Shown here: positions 9,651 to 19,202 of the stretch, in pieces
How the letters are laid out: every line of letters starts with the position of its first letter
Position numbering within the stretch: the first letter of the stretch is position 1
Origin: Pseudohongiella sp.
Lineage (GTDB): Bacteria > Pseudomonadota > Gammaproteobacteria > Pseudomonadales > Pseudohongiellaceae
DNA: 64,000 bases
Direction: 5' to 3'
Assembly (NCBI GenBank): GCA_030696315.1
Contig: JAUYSM010000075.1
Location: 72,580-136,579, forward strand
Program-made: the position numbers and the translations under genes
The notes under the pieces: model-generated
The model's input: only the letters and a program-made list of their open reading frames with translations
Databases searched by the model: none
Told to the model about the DNA's origin: nothing

Positions 9651-10952
9651 TCAGAACAGCGTAAACAATAACAGCGCCAGAATCAGACCCAGCAGGGGCA
9701 CAATCACCGTGACAGCACCGACGGCCCAGTAGGCATCGTTGTGGGTTTCCTGGCAGACACCGCGAATGGTGGTGACCACATAACCGTTATGCGGTAAGGA
9801 ATCGAGTGCGCCGGATGAAATGGATACCACGCGGTGAAGTTGTTCCGGATTCACTCCCAGATCCAGGTAGTGAGGCGCCACCGCAGGCAATGCGATGACT
9901 TGCCCACCGGATGCAGAACCGGTCAAACCGGCTATCACACTGACAGCCACTGCAGCGCCAATCAGCTCATTACCGGGCAGCGACGTCAGCGCTGTAACAG
10001 CTATGTCAAAGGCCGGTGTCACCCGGGCTACACCGCCAAAACCCACCACAGCGGCGGTGTTGCCGATCGCAATCAGCGCGCCAGTGGTGGCATGACCGAG
10101 TGCTTCCTGCATATTTTTGAAGTACGCCCGGTTGATCAGCATCAGCGATAACACGCCGCCGAGCAGCGCAATAATCAGGGCGTTCTGGCGCATGCTGTCA
10201 TGAAAAATAAAGGACAAGGTCAGCACAATGATCAGTGGTATCAAGCCGGTCAGCGGGTGCGGCAGGGCGCGATCGCTCAGGTGTGGATCCGTGATGCGCG
10301 CCACAAAACCCTCACCGCGGTTCACCGCGGAGGCGATCATGTGCTGTAGCCACCAGTATCCAAACACCGCCATAAACACCGCCACAATCAAGCTGACTTC
10401 CCAGGCCGCGTAGGGTGTGGTGCCCAGAAATTCCATCGGAATCCAGTTTTGAATCTCGGGTGAGCCAGCCGAGGTCATGGTAAAAGTCACCGACCCAAAC
10501 GCCAGTGCCGCAGGGATAAAACGTCTGGGCAGGTTGGCTTCTTTAAACAGGCTGAGTGCCATCGGGTATACCGCAAACGCCACCACAAACAGGCTGACAC
10601 CGCCGTAGGTGAGCACGGCACAGGCGATGACAACGGCCAGCACGGCGCGTTGTTTGCCGAGTTTTCCGGTGATGAACGCGGCAACACTGTCAGCGGCGCC
10701 GGTGTCTTCCATAAATTTGCCAAAAATCGATCCCAGCAAAAACATAAAAAACCAGGAGGCAATAAAGCCGGTGAAACCGCTCATGTAACTCTGCACAAAG
10801 TTCACAGTGCCGGTAAACAGCGGTATCTGACTGGTCACGGCAACCAGCACCGCACACAGTGGCGCACTGATAAACAGGTTCCATCCGCGCAGGGTAAGTA
10901 TGATAAGCAGAGCGAGGCCGCCGATAAGGCCAAACAAACTGACAGCGTCCAA
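9651..10952 (-). CDS. GntP-family permease (3-hydroxybutyrate/short-chain carboxylate permease-like)
   Basis: Polytopic membrane protein with LTYGGVSLFVVAF, GSPEIQNWIP, GLTGSASGG, LDSLPHNGYVVT; TTG start at 10952 after AGAGGGA. Confidence 0.8.
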   Translation of the reverse strand: MDAVSLFGLIGGLALLIILTLRGWNLFISAPLCAVLVAVTSQIPLFTGTVNFVQSYMSGFTGFIASWFFMFLLGSIFGKFMEDTGAADSVAAFITGKLGKQRAVLAVVIACAVLTYGGVSLFVVAFAVYPMALSLFKEANLPRRFIPAALAFGSVTFTMTSAGSPEIQNWIPMEFLGTTPYAAWEVSLIVAVFMAVFGYWWLQHMIASAVNRGEGFVARITDPHLSDRALPHPLTGLIPLIIVLTLSFIFHDSMRQNALIIALLGGVLSLMLINRAYFKNMQEALGHATTGALIAIGNTAAVVGFGGVARVTPAFDIAVTALTSLPGNELIGAAVAVSVIAGLTGSASGGQVIALPAVAPHYLDLGVNPEQLHRVVSISSGALDSLPHNGYVVTTIRGVCQETHNDAYWAVGAVTVIVPLLGLILALLLFTLF

Positions 10953-11047
10953 TATGACGTCCCTCTTCTGGTTTTGTTTTTTTAAATGGCTGAGCGAAGA
11001 AGCCAAGCGAGGGCTATTGTTCATCAATGTGGCGGTGCAACCCATAA

Positions 11048-11057
11048 TACTATGGTA
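11048..11057. promoter_or_regulatory. Dyad TAC-N4-GTA, candidate response-regulator site in the divergent permease/TBDR promoter
   Basis: TACtatgGTA near the middle of the 176 bp divergent intergenic region; a TACTCCA half-site faces it at about 11079-11085. Confidence 0.35.
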
Positions 11058-11128
11058 CTACTCACATTCTGATGAACTTGGAGTATGGTGGCCCCCGACA
11101 AATAAAAAATCCACGGGGAGCAATACCG

Positions 11129-13429
11129 ATGAGACACATGACATTCAAACAGACCAGCTGCGCGCTAGCAGTGTCGGCAGCCATAAGTGGTATTGCCTTC
11201 CCCGCTTATGCGCAAGAGACTCGGCAGCCTGGAACCCAGCAGACCGAGGGCCGCGTGCTGGAGAGTATCGAAGTAACGGCGCGCCGCACCACTGAGAACC
11301 TGCAGCAGGTGCCATTGGCTGTCACCCAGCTGGGCGCAGACGACATAGCAGCACGCGGGCTGGAAACCATCCTGGAAGTGCAACAGTATTCACCCAATAC
11401 GACCTTGCAGGAAAGCCGCGCCACCAACTCAACATTAACCGCATTTATCCGCGGTGTCGGACAGGAAGACCCTTTGTGGGGTTATGAGTCTGGTGTGGGT
11501 ATTTATGTAGATGACGTCTACATCGCCCGTCCGCAAGGCGCGGTGCTGGACATTCTGAATGTGCAACGTGTCGAAGTTCTGCGCGGCCCACAAGGCACAC
11601 TGTACGGTAAAAATACCGTTGGCGGCGCACTCAAATATGTCACCAAGCGTATGACGGGTGAAGCGGATCTGAACGCAGCGGTCAGCTTTGGTACCTACGG
11701 TCAGCGCGATTTGAAACTGATTGGTCAGCTTCCAGTGACTGATAATTTTTATGTCGGGTTTGGTTATGCCAACCTGAACAGAGACGGATTCGGTAAATTC
11801 CTGGTCAGCGATCTCCCGAATCAGAATCGAGAGAATTACAACAAGGATTTGCAGGCATACCGTGTGACGGCCGAATACACGCCGCTCGACAATGTGTTTA
11901 TCCAGTTTGGTTATGACAAAACAGAAGATACCTCCAATTCCAAAGGTGGTTACCGTCTGCTGCCGAGTCTGCTGACCAATGCTGCGCCTGTTCCGGCCAG
12001 CATTTATGACTCTTATACCAGTCTGCCGACCGCAAACAAGGTCGAAACAGAGGGCATGAACCTGACTATGGAGTGGGAAGTCAATGACGCTACCACCCTG
12101 AAATCAATCACATCTCAGCGTGAAAATTATTCACCAGTCAGCATCGACTTTGATAACACGCCACTGCGCATTTTTGATGTGCCAGCCATTTATGAGGACG
12201 ACTGGTTCACCCAGGAGTTCCAGCTCAATTATCAGGCTGACAACTATAAAGTCGTCTCAGGTCTGTACTATTTCGATTCAGAGTCATGCGGTGTGTTTGA
12301 CGCCATCCTCGAGCGTTTTGGTCAGTCCCTGGGGTTGCCAGGTCTGACGCGGGAAGTGGCCGGTTGCAGCAACAGCAAAAGTACTGCGGTTTACGCCGAT
12401 GGCAGTTATCAGCTGAATGATCAGTGGAGCATCAGTGGTGGTCTGCGTTACACCAAGGACAAAAAGCATTCAATTGTCCGCAACGGCTTGATCTTCGCAA
12501 CCGTTTACCCGGAATCCGGTTGGGTGCCAGGGTATGTTCGTCCGGCAAATACCGGTACCCCGGTTGTGCTGGATGCCAGCAAAGATTGGTCAAAAGTGAC
12601 ACCACGCATTGGTGTGGAGTATCAGGCCACTGACGACACCATGTATTACGCCAGCTACAGCGAAGGCTTCAAGTCCGGTACGTTTAACCCACGTGCGGAG
12701 CGCGCCGAGCCGGCAGCGAACCCGGAAGACGTGCAATCGTATGAAATTGGTGTAAAAACCGACCTCAGCTCCACGTTCCGTCTGAATGCTGCCGCATTTA
12801 TGCTGGATCACAAAAATCGTCAGTACATCTCTGTGATTCCTGATCCAAACAATGGTGCAGCGCTGAACCAGCGTCTGGGCAACGTCGGTCAGTCCGATGC
12901 AACCGGTGCCGAGTTTGAATTCACCTGGCTGGCCACGGATCGTTTGAGTGTGTTTGGCAACGTGGGCCTGATCAACGCCAAGTTCAATAACGTCATCAGC
13001 TACGATGCCAACTTGAACCTGATTGATATCACAAGAAATTTTGTGATCACTAACACGCCTAAACGCACCATCAACGTGGGATACAGTTATGACATGCCAG
13101 TGGCAACCGGTGATCTGGTGCTGACGGGTAACTACAGCTACCGCAGCAAGTACAGCCTGAGCGAATTGGGCAACGTACTGCAGCAGGACGCTTACGGCAT
13201 ACTGAATCTGGGTGTGAGCTGGACCAGTGCTGATGGCAAATGGTCAGCCGGCCTGCATGGTAAAAACCTGACTGAAGAAGAGTTCCTGGTAGGCAACTAT
13301 GCCTTCCTGGGCGCTGCCAACCCTGCTTTGCCGAACGGTTATGCAACCGGTCTGGGTGGTGACACTACTTTGATTGGTTATTATGGTGCGCCGCGCACGG
13401 TCAGTCTGTCGCTGGGTTATAACTTCTGA
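11129..13429 (+). CDS. TonB-dependent outer-membrane receptor
   Basis: Signal peptide, TonB box ESIEVTA, plug motif RVEVLRGPQGTLYGKNTVGG, C-terminal LGYNF; RBS GGGGAG before ATG 11129. Confidence 0.95.
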   Translation: MRHMTFKQTSCALAVSAAISGIAFPAYAQETRQPGTQQTEGRVLESIEVTARRTTENLQQVPLAVTQLGADDIAARGLETILEVQQYSPNTTLQESRATNSTLTAFIRGVGQEDPLWGYESGVGIYVDDVYIARPQGAVLDILNVQRVEVLRGPQGTLYGKNTVGGALKYVTKRMTGEADLNAAVSFGTYGQRDLKLIGQLPVTDNFYVGFGYANLNRDGFGKFLVSDLPNQNRENYNKDLQAYRVTAEYTPLDNVFIQFGYDKTEDTSNSKGGYRLLPSLLTNAAPVPASIYDSYTSLPTANKVETEGMNLTMEWEVNDATTLKSITSQRENYSPVSIDFDNTPLRIFDVPAIYEDDWFTQEFQLNYQADNYKVVSGLYYFDSESCGVFDAILERFGQSLGLPGLTREVAGCSNSKSTAVYADGSYQLNDQWSISGGLRYTKDKKHSIVRNGLIFATVYPESGWVPGYVRPANTGTPVVLDASKDWSKVTPRIGVEYQATDDTMYYASYSEGFKSGTFNPRAERAEPAANPEDVQSYEIGVKTDLSSTFRLNAAAFMLDHKNRQYISVIPDPNNGAALNQRLGNVGQSDATGAEFEFTWLATDRLSVFGNVGLINAKFNNVISYDANLNLIDITRNFVITNTPKRTINVGYSYDMPVATGDLVLTGNYSYRSKYSLSELGNVLQQDAYGILNLGVSWTSADGKWSAGLHGKNLTEEEFLVGNYAFLGAANPALPNGYATGLGGDTTLIGYYGAPRTVSLSLGYNF

Positions 13430-13454
13430 TCCGGCAATTTATCGCTTGACCTCT

Positions 13455-13491
13455 TGCCACCATTGCAGCCGTGATGGTGGCATTTTTTTTT
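13455..13491 (+). terminator. Rho-independent terminator of the TBDR gene
   Basis: TGCCACCAT-N10-ATGGTGGCA followed by T9. Confidence 0.85.
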
Positions 13492-13516
13492 GGCCTGTAT
13501 TAGTTTGGAGCTTCCG

Positions 13517-14215
13517 GTGTTATCTCTGCGAGACCTGCCATTGCCTATCAAAGCCATTATTGCTGATGATCACCCCTTGTTCAGGGCAGCTTTGCGTCAG
13601 ACCTTGGGCGCCAGCCTGCAAGGCGAGGTGCGTGACGCGGAGAACTTCAAACAGCTGATGGATATCCTGGAGCAGGAACCGGATGTTGAACTGGTGTTGA
13701 TGGATCTGAATATGCCGGGCAATCAAGGTCTGACCGGATTGACCGCAGTGCGCAATCAATTTCCCGATGTGCAGGTGATGATTGTGTCAGCCAACGAGCA
13801 GCTTAGTGTGATCGAACGTGCCATGAGTTTTGGTGCCAGCGCTTATGTGCCCAAATCGGCACCCTTGGTGGATATTGTTGAGGCGGTTGAAACCGTGCTG
13901 AGTGGTGACAGCTGGTTGCCCGCGCATCTTGGTCATGGATTTGTAGAGGGCAATCATCCCTTACATCGTGACTTTGCACACAAGCTGGGACAGTTGACAC
14001 CTCAGCAATTCAAGGTGCTGCGCGCCATCGCAGACGGTTTGTTGAACAAGCAGATTGCTTATGAGATGGATGTTCAGGAAACCACCATCAAACAGCATGT
14101 GTCCGCGATTTTGCGCAAACTCGGTGTGATTAACAGAACCCAGGCTGGCGTGTTATTCCACGACATGTTGCGTGCGGATGATGAAGATAACTCAACCCAG
14201 TCCGATACTTTTTAA
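13517..14215 (+). CDS. NarL/LuxR-family response regulator, CrbR/ErdR-like
   Basis: IIADDHPLFR, LVLMDLNMPG, HTH LTPQQFKVL...NKQIAYEMDVQETTIKQHVSAILRKLG; GTG start after GGAG. Confidence 0.9.
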   Translation: MLSLRDLPLPIKAIIADDHPLFRAALRQTLGASLQGEVRDAENFKQLMDILEQEPDVELVLMDLNMPGNQGLTGLTAVRNQFPDVQVMIVSANEQLSVIERAMSFGASAYVPKSAPLVDIVEAVETVLSGDSWLPAHLGHGFVEGNHPLHRDFAHKLGQLTPQQFKVLRAIADGLLNKQIAYEMDVQETTIKQHVSAILRKLGVINRTQAGVLFHDMLRADDEDNSTQSDTF

Positions 14216-17200
14216 CAGCCTTTTCAGCGCTGCCTGCTTGACGGGTTTGGGCAAAAACAGCGCGCCGACTTCCACCACTTGCTCGCGAATATGTTCGTCC
14301 GGATCGGCCGTGCTCAGGATAGCAGGTATATCCGTTTTCCAGCGTGCGCGTAGTTGTACGATAGCATCTGTGCCGATTTCGTTATCCGCCAGATGGTAGT
14401 CAATAAATAACAGATCAGGTTGTCTTGTATGCTGCATCGCCTCTGCGATGCTGGCACAGGCGGTCACCTGCGCGCCCCAGCTGCCGAGCAATGATGCCAG
14501 TGCATCGCGGATGTCCGGTGCGTCATCCAGCAACAAAACATGTGTATTGTCGGTCAGTTGCCACTGTGACAGATCACGGTAATTACGTTTTCGTTGCAGC
14601 GCAGGGCTTTTCCAGCTTGCAACGGGCAAGGTCAATGAGAAACAGGTGCCGCGATTGACTGTGGACTTCAACGAAATCGGTATCTCCAGCAGTTTGCACA
14701 TACGCTCAACAATGGCCAGCCCCAGGCCGAGCCCAGGGTTGTGATCTTGCTGATCCAGTTGTTTGAATTCCATAAAAATCTCATTGAACTTTTCAGCCGG
14801 AATGCCTTTGCCGGTATCCCACACCTGCAGCTCGATCAGATTGTCCGGGCGCCGTTTGATGCCACATACAACACGGCCGTGCTGGGTATATCGGATGGCA
14901 TTGCTGAGCAGGTTTTGCAGAATACGTTGCAGAATCTTCTGGTCGGTATGCACAACAATCTGGGAGGGATGCATCTTGAACTGCAAGCCTTTTTCGCGCG
15001 CCAGCATGGAAAATGTTGCATCCAGCGGCGACAGGATTTCCCACAGAGGTATATCCTTTTTGTGCGCCTGTAAATTGCCTGATTCCAGTTTGGTCATTTC
15101 CAACAACATGGTCAGTAATTCTTCGGCATTTTGCAGCGATTGCTGAATCTGCAAAGCGAGGCGCGCTTCATCATTTTTGAGACGCTGCAGCAACATGCCA
15201 CAAAACAGACTGGCGGCATTGAACGGTTGCATCAGATCATGGCCGGCCGCCGCAAAAAATTTGGATTTGCTGTGATGCGCGTGTTCGGCAGCTTGTTTGG
15301 CGACAGAGAGCGCCTGTGTGCGTTCTTCAACACGCTGCTCCAGCTCGGTATTGATTTGTTTGAGTTCGGTTTGAATGGTGACCAGTTCAGTAATGTCGGT
15401 GTACGTCGTGACAAAACCACCATCCGGCATGGGGTTGCCCTGCAGTTCAATAATGTGGCCTGAGGGTTGTTGACGCTGGTAACGATAACGGCTGCCGGTT
15501 CTGAGGTACTCAAGACGTTTCTGCACCTCGCGTTCGATGTCAGAATCGCCGGTGCCAAACAGCCCACGACGAGCGTTGAAACGCAGGATTTCCTCAATGG
15601 CGACACCGGCACGAATCAGTCCTTCCGGGTAGTTGAATATTTCCAGATAACGACGGTTCCAGGCTACCAGGCGTAATTCTTTGTCGATCACGCTGATGCC
15701 CTGTGGAATGTTCTCAACAGAAGCCTGCAATAACTCCCGATTAAAGCGATACAACTGCGATGCCTCTGAGGCCCAGTCAACCACCTGATCGACTGCGACA
15801 GTTGAGGGGCTTGCCAGGCTGGTGATCAACAGGCGGCTTGCAGAGCTGCCAATAGCCCCCGCCAGTTCCCGTTCAAGTCGGATCAGCAAGGCCGGGTGTA
15901 CCAGACGTTCATCCGGGATATTGGCAACCGCCAGACCAAGACGGCGATCGAGGCCCGCTGCATCTCGCGCATCCATAAACCGCGATAATACGGCGCGCAG
16001 GCGTCCCCAACTGACCCGTTGGCCATCCATGACAGGGTCGGATTTTTGTTCCGGGCGGGTAAAGCGCAGCGCTTGTTGTTGGTCAGCGACAGACGCGTGT
16101 GTCATCCACGATAACAAGACATAAATCGCTACGTTTACTGCCAGGCTCACCACCACGCCGTCGCTGATGGCCGTGTCTGTCAGTAGCTGAGAAGGGTTCA
16201 CCGACGGCAGCAGCAACATATAGCTCCATACCAGTGTGCCTGCCAACAGACCACCGAGTGCCCCGGTCAGATTTGCTCTGATCCACAACAGGCCACCCAG
16301 CATGGAGGGCGTCAGTTGCGCCAACAAGGCCATGGCAATCAGGCCGTTGCTGACTAAGGGTAGCCCTCCCTGTGTGAGTTTGTGGTACACATACGCCAGC
16401 ACAATAATCACCACCACGGTCAGACGCCGGGTCAGCAGAATCACGCGCGGCGTCAGATCGGACATCAGATTGCCGCTGCGGCGCGCCCGAATCCACAAGG
16501 GAGTAATCACATCGTTAGAAATCATGATGCTCAACGCCAGCGTTGACATGATCACCATACTGGTGGCGGTCGACAAACCACCAATAAAAGCAATCAGGCT
16601 GATGTCAGGACGATCGGCGAGCAAAGGCAATGCCAGCAGAAAAGTATCCTGTGTGCGCAGCTCTGGCGCCAAAAGCATGCCTGCCATTGCGATTGGCAAG
16701 ATAAAAAAATTGATGGCAAAAAGGTAAAGTGGAAATGCCCAGCGCGCTTTTTTGAGTTCTTCCGGATCGGTGTTCTCGATAAAGTTCACCTGGAATTGTC
16801 GAGGCAGAACAAACATGGCCAAGGCGCCCAATAGCATATGGGTTACATAAATGTAGACACCGTTTTCTTTAGGCTGGAACAGTGTGCGGGCAGTTTCGTC
16901 GCTGGCGGTTTTCACAATCAGGTCATTGATGCCATCAAACAATTGCCAGCTTGCAAATACGCCCACAATACAAAAAGCTACCAGCTTGACTACGGACTCA
17001 AAGGCAACAGCGTCCATTAGCCCCGGGTGTTGCTCGGCCAGGCTCAGGCGCCGGGCTCCAAACAGAATTGAGAAACCAATCATCGCCAGGCCAACAGCCG
17101 CCGCCAGATCCAGAAACCACGGTGCCACGGCGGGCCCCATGCCGGTAATAGCAGCAAAACTGGCGGCAACCGCGCGCAATTGCAGAGAAATGTAGGGAAT

Positions 17201-17572
17201 CAGTGCGACAAGACAAATCAGCGCAACACTGGCAGCTAACAGCGGCGACTTACCATAACGTGAACCAATCAGGTCGGCGATTGAGGTGAGGTTTTGTGCC
17301 TTGACCAGTTTGAGCATCTTGAGCTGAAACTGATGGGCAAACAGAAAAATGCAGATTCCGCCCAGATAGGTGGGCGCAAACCACCAGCCATACTGCGCGG
17401 CCTGCGTTACCGTGCCGTAAAACGCCCAGGTGGTGCAATGAACCCCCAGCGCCAGGGTATAACGCCAGGGTCGCGGCCCTTGTGTAATTTTGCGCTCACC
17501 ACGAGAAGCAATGGTGAACAGCAGCAACAGGTAAGCAAAGGCAGCAATCAGGACAAAAGAAATCGGTAACAT
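14192..17572 (-). CDS. Hybrid sensor kinase, CrbS/MxtR-like (SLC5 solute-symporter domain, STAC, PAS, HisKA, HATPase, REC)
   Basis: ~13 TM N-terminus with LALGVHCTTWAFYG; PAS-like QGISVIDKELRLVAWN; H-box AGHDLMQP; QNLLSNAIRYT; GLGLGLAIV; REC LLDD/FIDYHL. Overlaps the regulator tail-to-tail by 24 nt. Confidence 0.9.
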   Translation of the reverse strand: MLPISFVLIAAFAYLLLLFTIASRGERKITQGPRPWRYTLALGVHCTTWAFYGTVTQAAQYGWWFAPTYLGGICIFLFAHQFQLKMLKLVKAQNLTSIADLIGSRYGKSPLLAASVALICLVALIPYISLQLRAVAASFAAITGMGPAVAPWFLDLAAAVGLAMIGFSILFGARRLSLAEQHPGLMDAVAFESVVKLVAFCIVGVFASWQLFDGINDLIVKTASDETARTLFQPKENGVYIYVTHMLLGALAMFVLPRQFQVNFIENTDPEELKKARWAFPLYLFAINFFILPIAMAGMLLAPELRTQDTFLLALPLLADRPDISLIAFIGGLSTATSMVIMSTLALSIMISNDVITPLWIRARRSGNLMSDLTPRVILLTRRLTVVVIIVLAYVYHKLTQGGLPLVSNGLIAMALLAQLTPSMLGGLLWIRANLTGALGGLLAGTLVWSYMLLLPSVNPSQLLTDTAISDGVVVSLAVNVAIYVLLSWMTHASVADQQQALRFTRPEQKSDPVMDGQRVSWGRLRAVLSRFMDARDAAGLDRRLGLAVANIPDERLVHPALLIRLERELAGAIGSSASRLLITSLASPSTVAVDQVVDWASEASQLYRFNRELLQASVENIPQGISVIDKELRLVAWNRRYLEIFNYPEGLIRAGVAIEEILRFNARRGLFGTGDSDIEREVQKRLEYLRTGSRYRYQRQQPSGHIIELQGNPMPDGGFVTTYTDITELVTIQTELKQINTELEQRVEERTQALSVAKQAAEHAHHSKSKFFAAAGHDLMQPFNAASLFCGMLLQRLKNDEARLALQIQQSLQNAEELLTMLLEMTKLESGNLQAHKKDIPLWEILSPLDATFSMLAREKGLQFKMHPSQIVVHTDQKILQRILQNLLSNAIRYTQHGRVVCGIKRRPDNLIELQVWDTGKGIPAEKFNEIFMEFKQLDQQDHNPGLGLGLAIVERMCKLLEIPISLKSTVNRGTCFSLTLPVASWKSPALQRKRNYRDLSQWQLTDNTHVLLLDDAPDIRDALASLLGSWGAQVTACASIAEAMQHTRQPDLLFIDYHLADNEIGTDAIVQLRARWKTDIPAILSTADPDEHIREQVVEVGALFLPKPVKQAALKRLLKSIGLG

Positions 17573-17638
17573 GGATTTAATCCGCTTTATGCTAGAATTT
17601 GCGCCGTTTTCGTCATTGAATCAACCGGGAACCCTTAC

Positions 17639-19165
17639 ATGACAGTCATCAAGCAAGACGATCTGATCCAGAGTGTAGCCGATGCGCTGCAGTACATCTC
17701 CTATTACCATCCGCTGGATTTTATTCAAGCGGTGAATGAAGCCTACGAGCGCGAAGAGTCTCAGGCTGCCAAAGATGCCATGGCACAAATTCTGATCAAC
17801 TCGCGCCTGTGTGCTGAGGGTCAGCGTCCAATCTGCCAGGACACCGGCATTGTGACAGTGTTTATGAAGATTGGCATGAGCGTGCAGTGGGATGCCACCA
17901 TGAGTGTCACAGACATGGTCAATGAGGGCGTTCGTCGAGCTTACCTTCACCCGGATAATGTGCTGCGCGCCTCCATTCTGGCGGACCCGGCTGGCGCACG
18001 TAAAAATACCAAAGACAACACCCCGGCAGTGATTCATATGGAAGTGGTTGCCGGTGACACTGTTGATATCACAGTTGCGGCCAAAGGCGGCGGTTCTGAG
18101 AACAAAGCCAAAATGGTCATGCTTAACCCCAGTGACAGCATTGTGGACTGGGTCGTAAAAACGGTGCCAACCATGGGGGCAGGCTGGTGCCCACCGGGTA
18201 TGCTCGGCATCGGCATTGGTGGTACCGCCGAAAAGGCGGCGGTGTTGGCCAAGGAAGCCTTGATGGATCCTATTGATATCCATGAGCTGCGTGCACGCGG
18301 TCCGCAAAATCGTGTTGAAGAATTGCGCCTCGAAATTATGGATAAGGTTAATGCGCTGGGTATTGGCGCGCAGGGGCTGGGCGGATTGACTACCGTGCTG
18401 GACATCAAGATCAAAGATTTCCCAACACACGCCGCGTCATTGCCAGTGGCCATGATCCCGAACTGCGCTGCAACCCGCCACGCACATTTTGTGCTCGATG
18501 GTTCCGGCCCTGCACATCTGACGCCACCTAAACTGGAAGACTGGCCGCAGATTACCTGGGATGCCGGTCCAACCTCGCGTCGCGTCAATCTGGATACCGT
18601 GACACCGGAAGAAGTCGCGACCTGGAAACCGGGTGAAACGCTGTTGCTCAACGGCACCATGCTGACTGGCCGGGATGCCGCGCACAAACGCATGGTCGAG
18701 ATGTTTGCACGTGGAGAATCACTGCCCGAGGGTGTGGATTTAAAAGGCAAGTTCATTTATTACGTCGGCCCGGTAGATGCGGTGCGTGACGAAGTTATTG
18801 GACCGGCGGGTCCGACTACCGCAACACGCATGGACAAGTTTACTGAGACCATTCTGGCTAAAACCGGACTGCTTGGCATGATTGGCAAAGCCGAGCGCGG
18901 ACAGGCCGGTATCGACGCAATTCAGAAACACAAAGCGGTGTATCTGATGGCGGTGGGTGGTGCAGCCTATCTGGTTTCCAAAGCCATCCGGGACGCAAAA
19001 ATTGTGGCTTTCCATGACCTGGGTATGGAAGCTATCCACGAGTTTGTGGTGGAAGATATGCCGGTGACCGTTGCGGTTGATGTGAACGGGACCTCTGTGC
19101 ACAGAACCGGTCCGGCAGAGTGGCAGGCAAAAATTGCCGAAGCTCAAGCAATCACCGTCAAGTAA
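17639..19165 (+). CDS. fumA: Class I (Fe-S) fumarate hydratase
   Basis: PICQDTG, KGGGSENK, GAGWCPPG, GRDAAHKR, GPTTATRMD. Confidence 0.93.
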   Translation: MTVIKQDDLIQSVADALQYISYYHPLDFIQAVNEAYEREESQAAKDAMAQILINSRLCAEGQRPICQDTGIVTVFMKIGMSVQWDATMSVTDMVNEGVRRAYLHPDNVLRASILADPAGARKNTKDNTPAVIHMEVVAGDTVDITVAAKGGGSENKAKMVMLNPSDSIVDWVVKTVPTMGAGWCPPGMLGIGIGGTAEKAAVLAKEALMDPIDIHELRARGPQNRVEELRLEIMDKVNALGIGAQGLGGLTTVLDIKIKDFPTHAASLPVAMIPNCAATRHAHFVLDGSGPAHLTPPKLEDWPQITWDAGPTSRRVNLDTVTPEEVATWKPGETLLLNGTMLTGRDAAHKRMVEMFARGESLPEGVDLKGKFIYYVGPVDAVRDEVIGPAGPTTATRMDKFTETILAKTGLLGMIGKAERGQAGIDAIQKHKAVYLMAVGGAAYLVSKAIRDAKIVAFHDLGMEAIHEFVVEDMPVTVAVDVNGTSVHRTGPAEWQAKIAEAQAITVK

Positions 19166-19170
19166 GGCAT

Positions 19171-19202
19171 TGCCCTGCTAAGCCTGGTTTTCTAGCAGGG
19201 CA
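19171..19202. terminator. Stem-loop between convergent fumA and sulfatase-family genes
   Basis: Perfect 10 bp inverted repeat TGCCCTGCTA / TAGCAGGGCA; no clear U tract. Confidence 0.5.

Noticed and set aside
17621-18756. Long antisense ORFs (269 aa, 240 aa) over fumA, and similar shadow ORFs over the ligase, serA, leuS, the PPIase and others
   Set aside because: They lie opposite well-conserved genes and show no family motifs; codon bias explains them.
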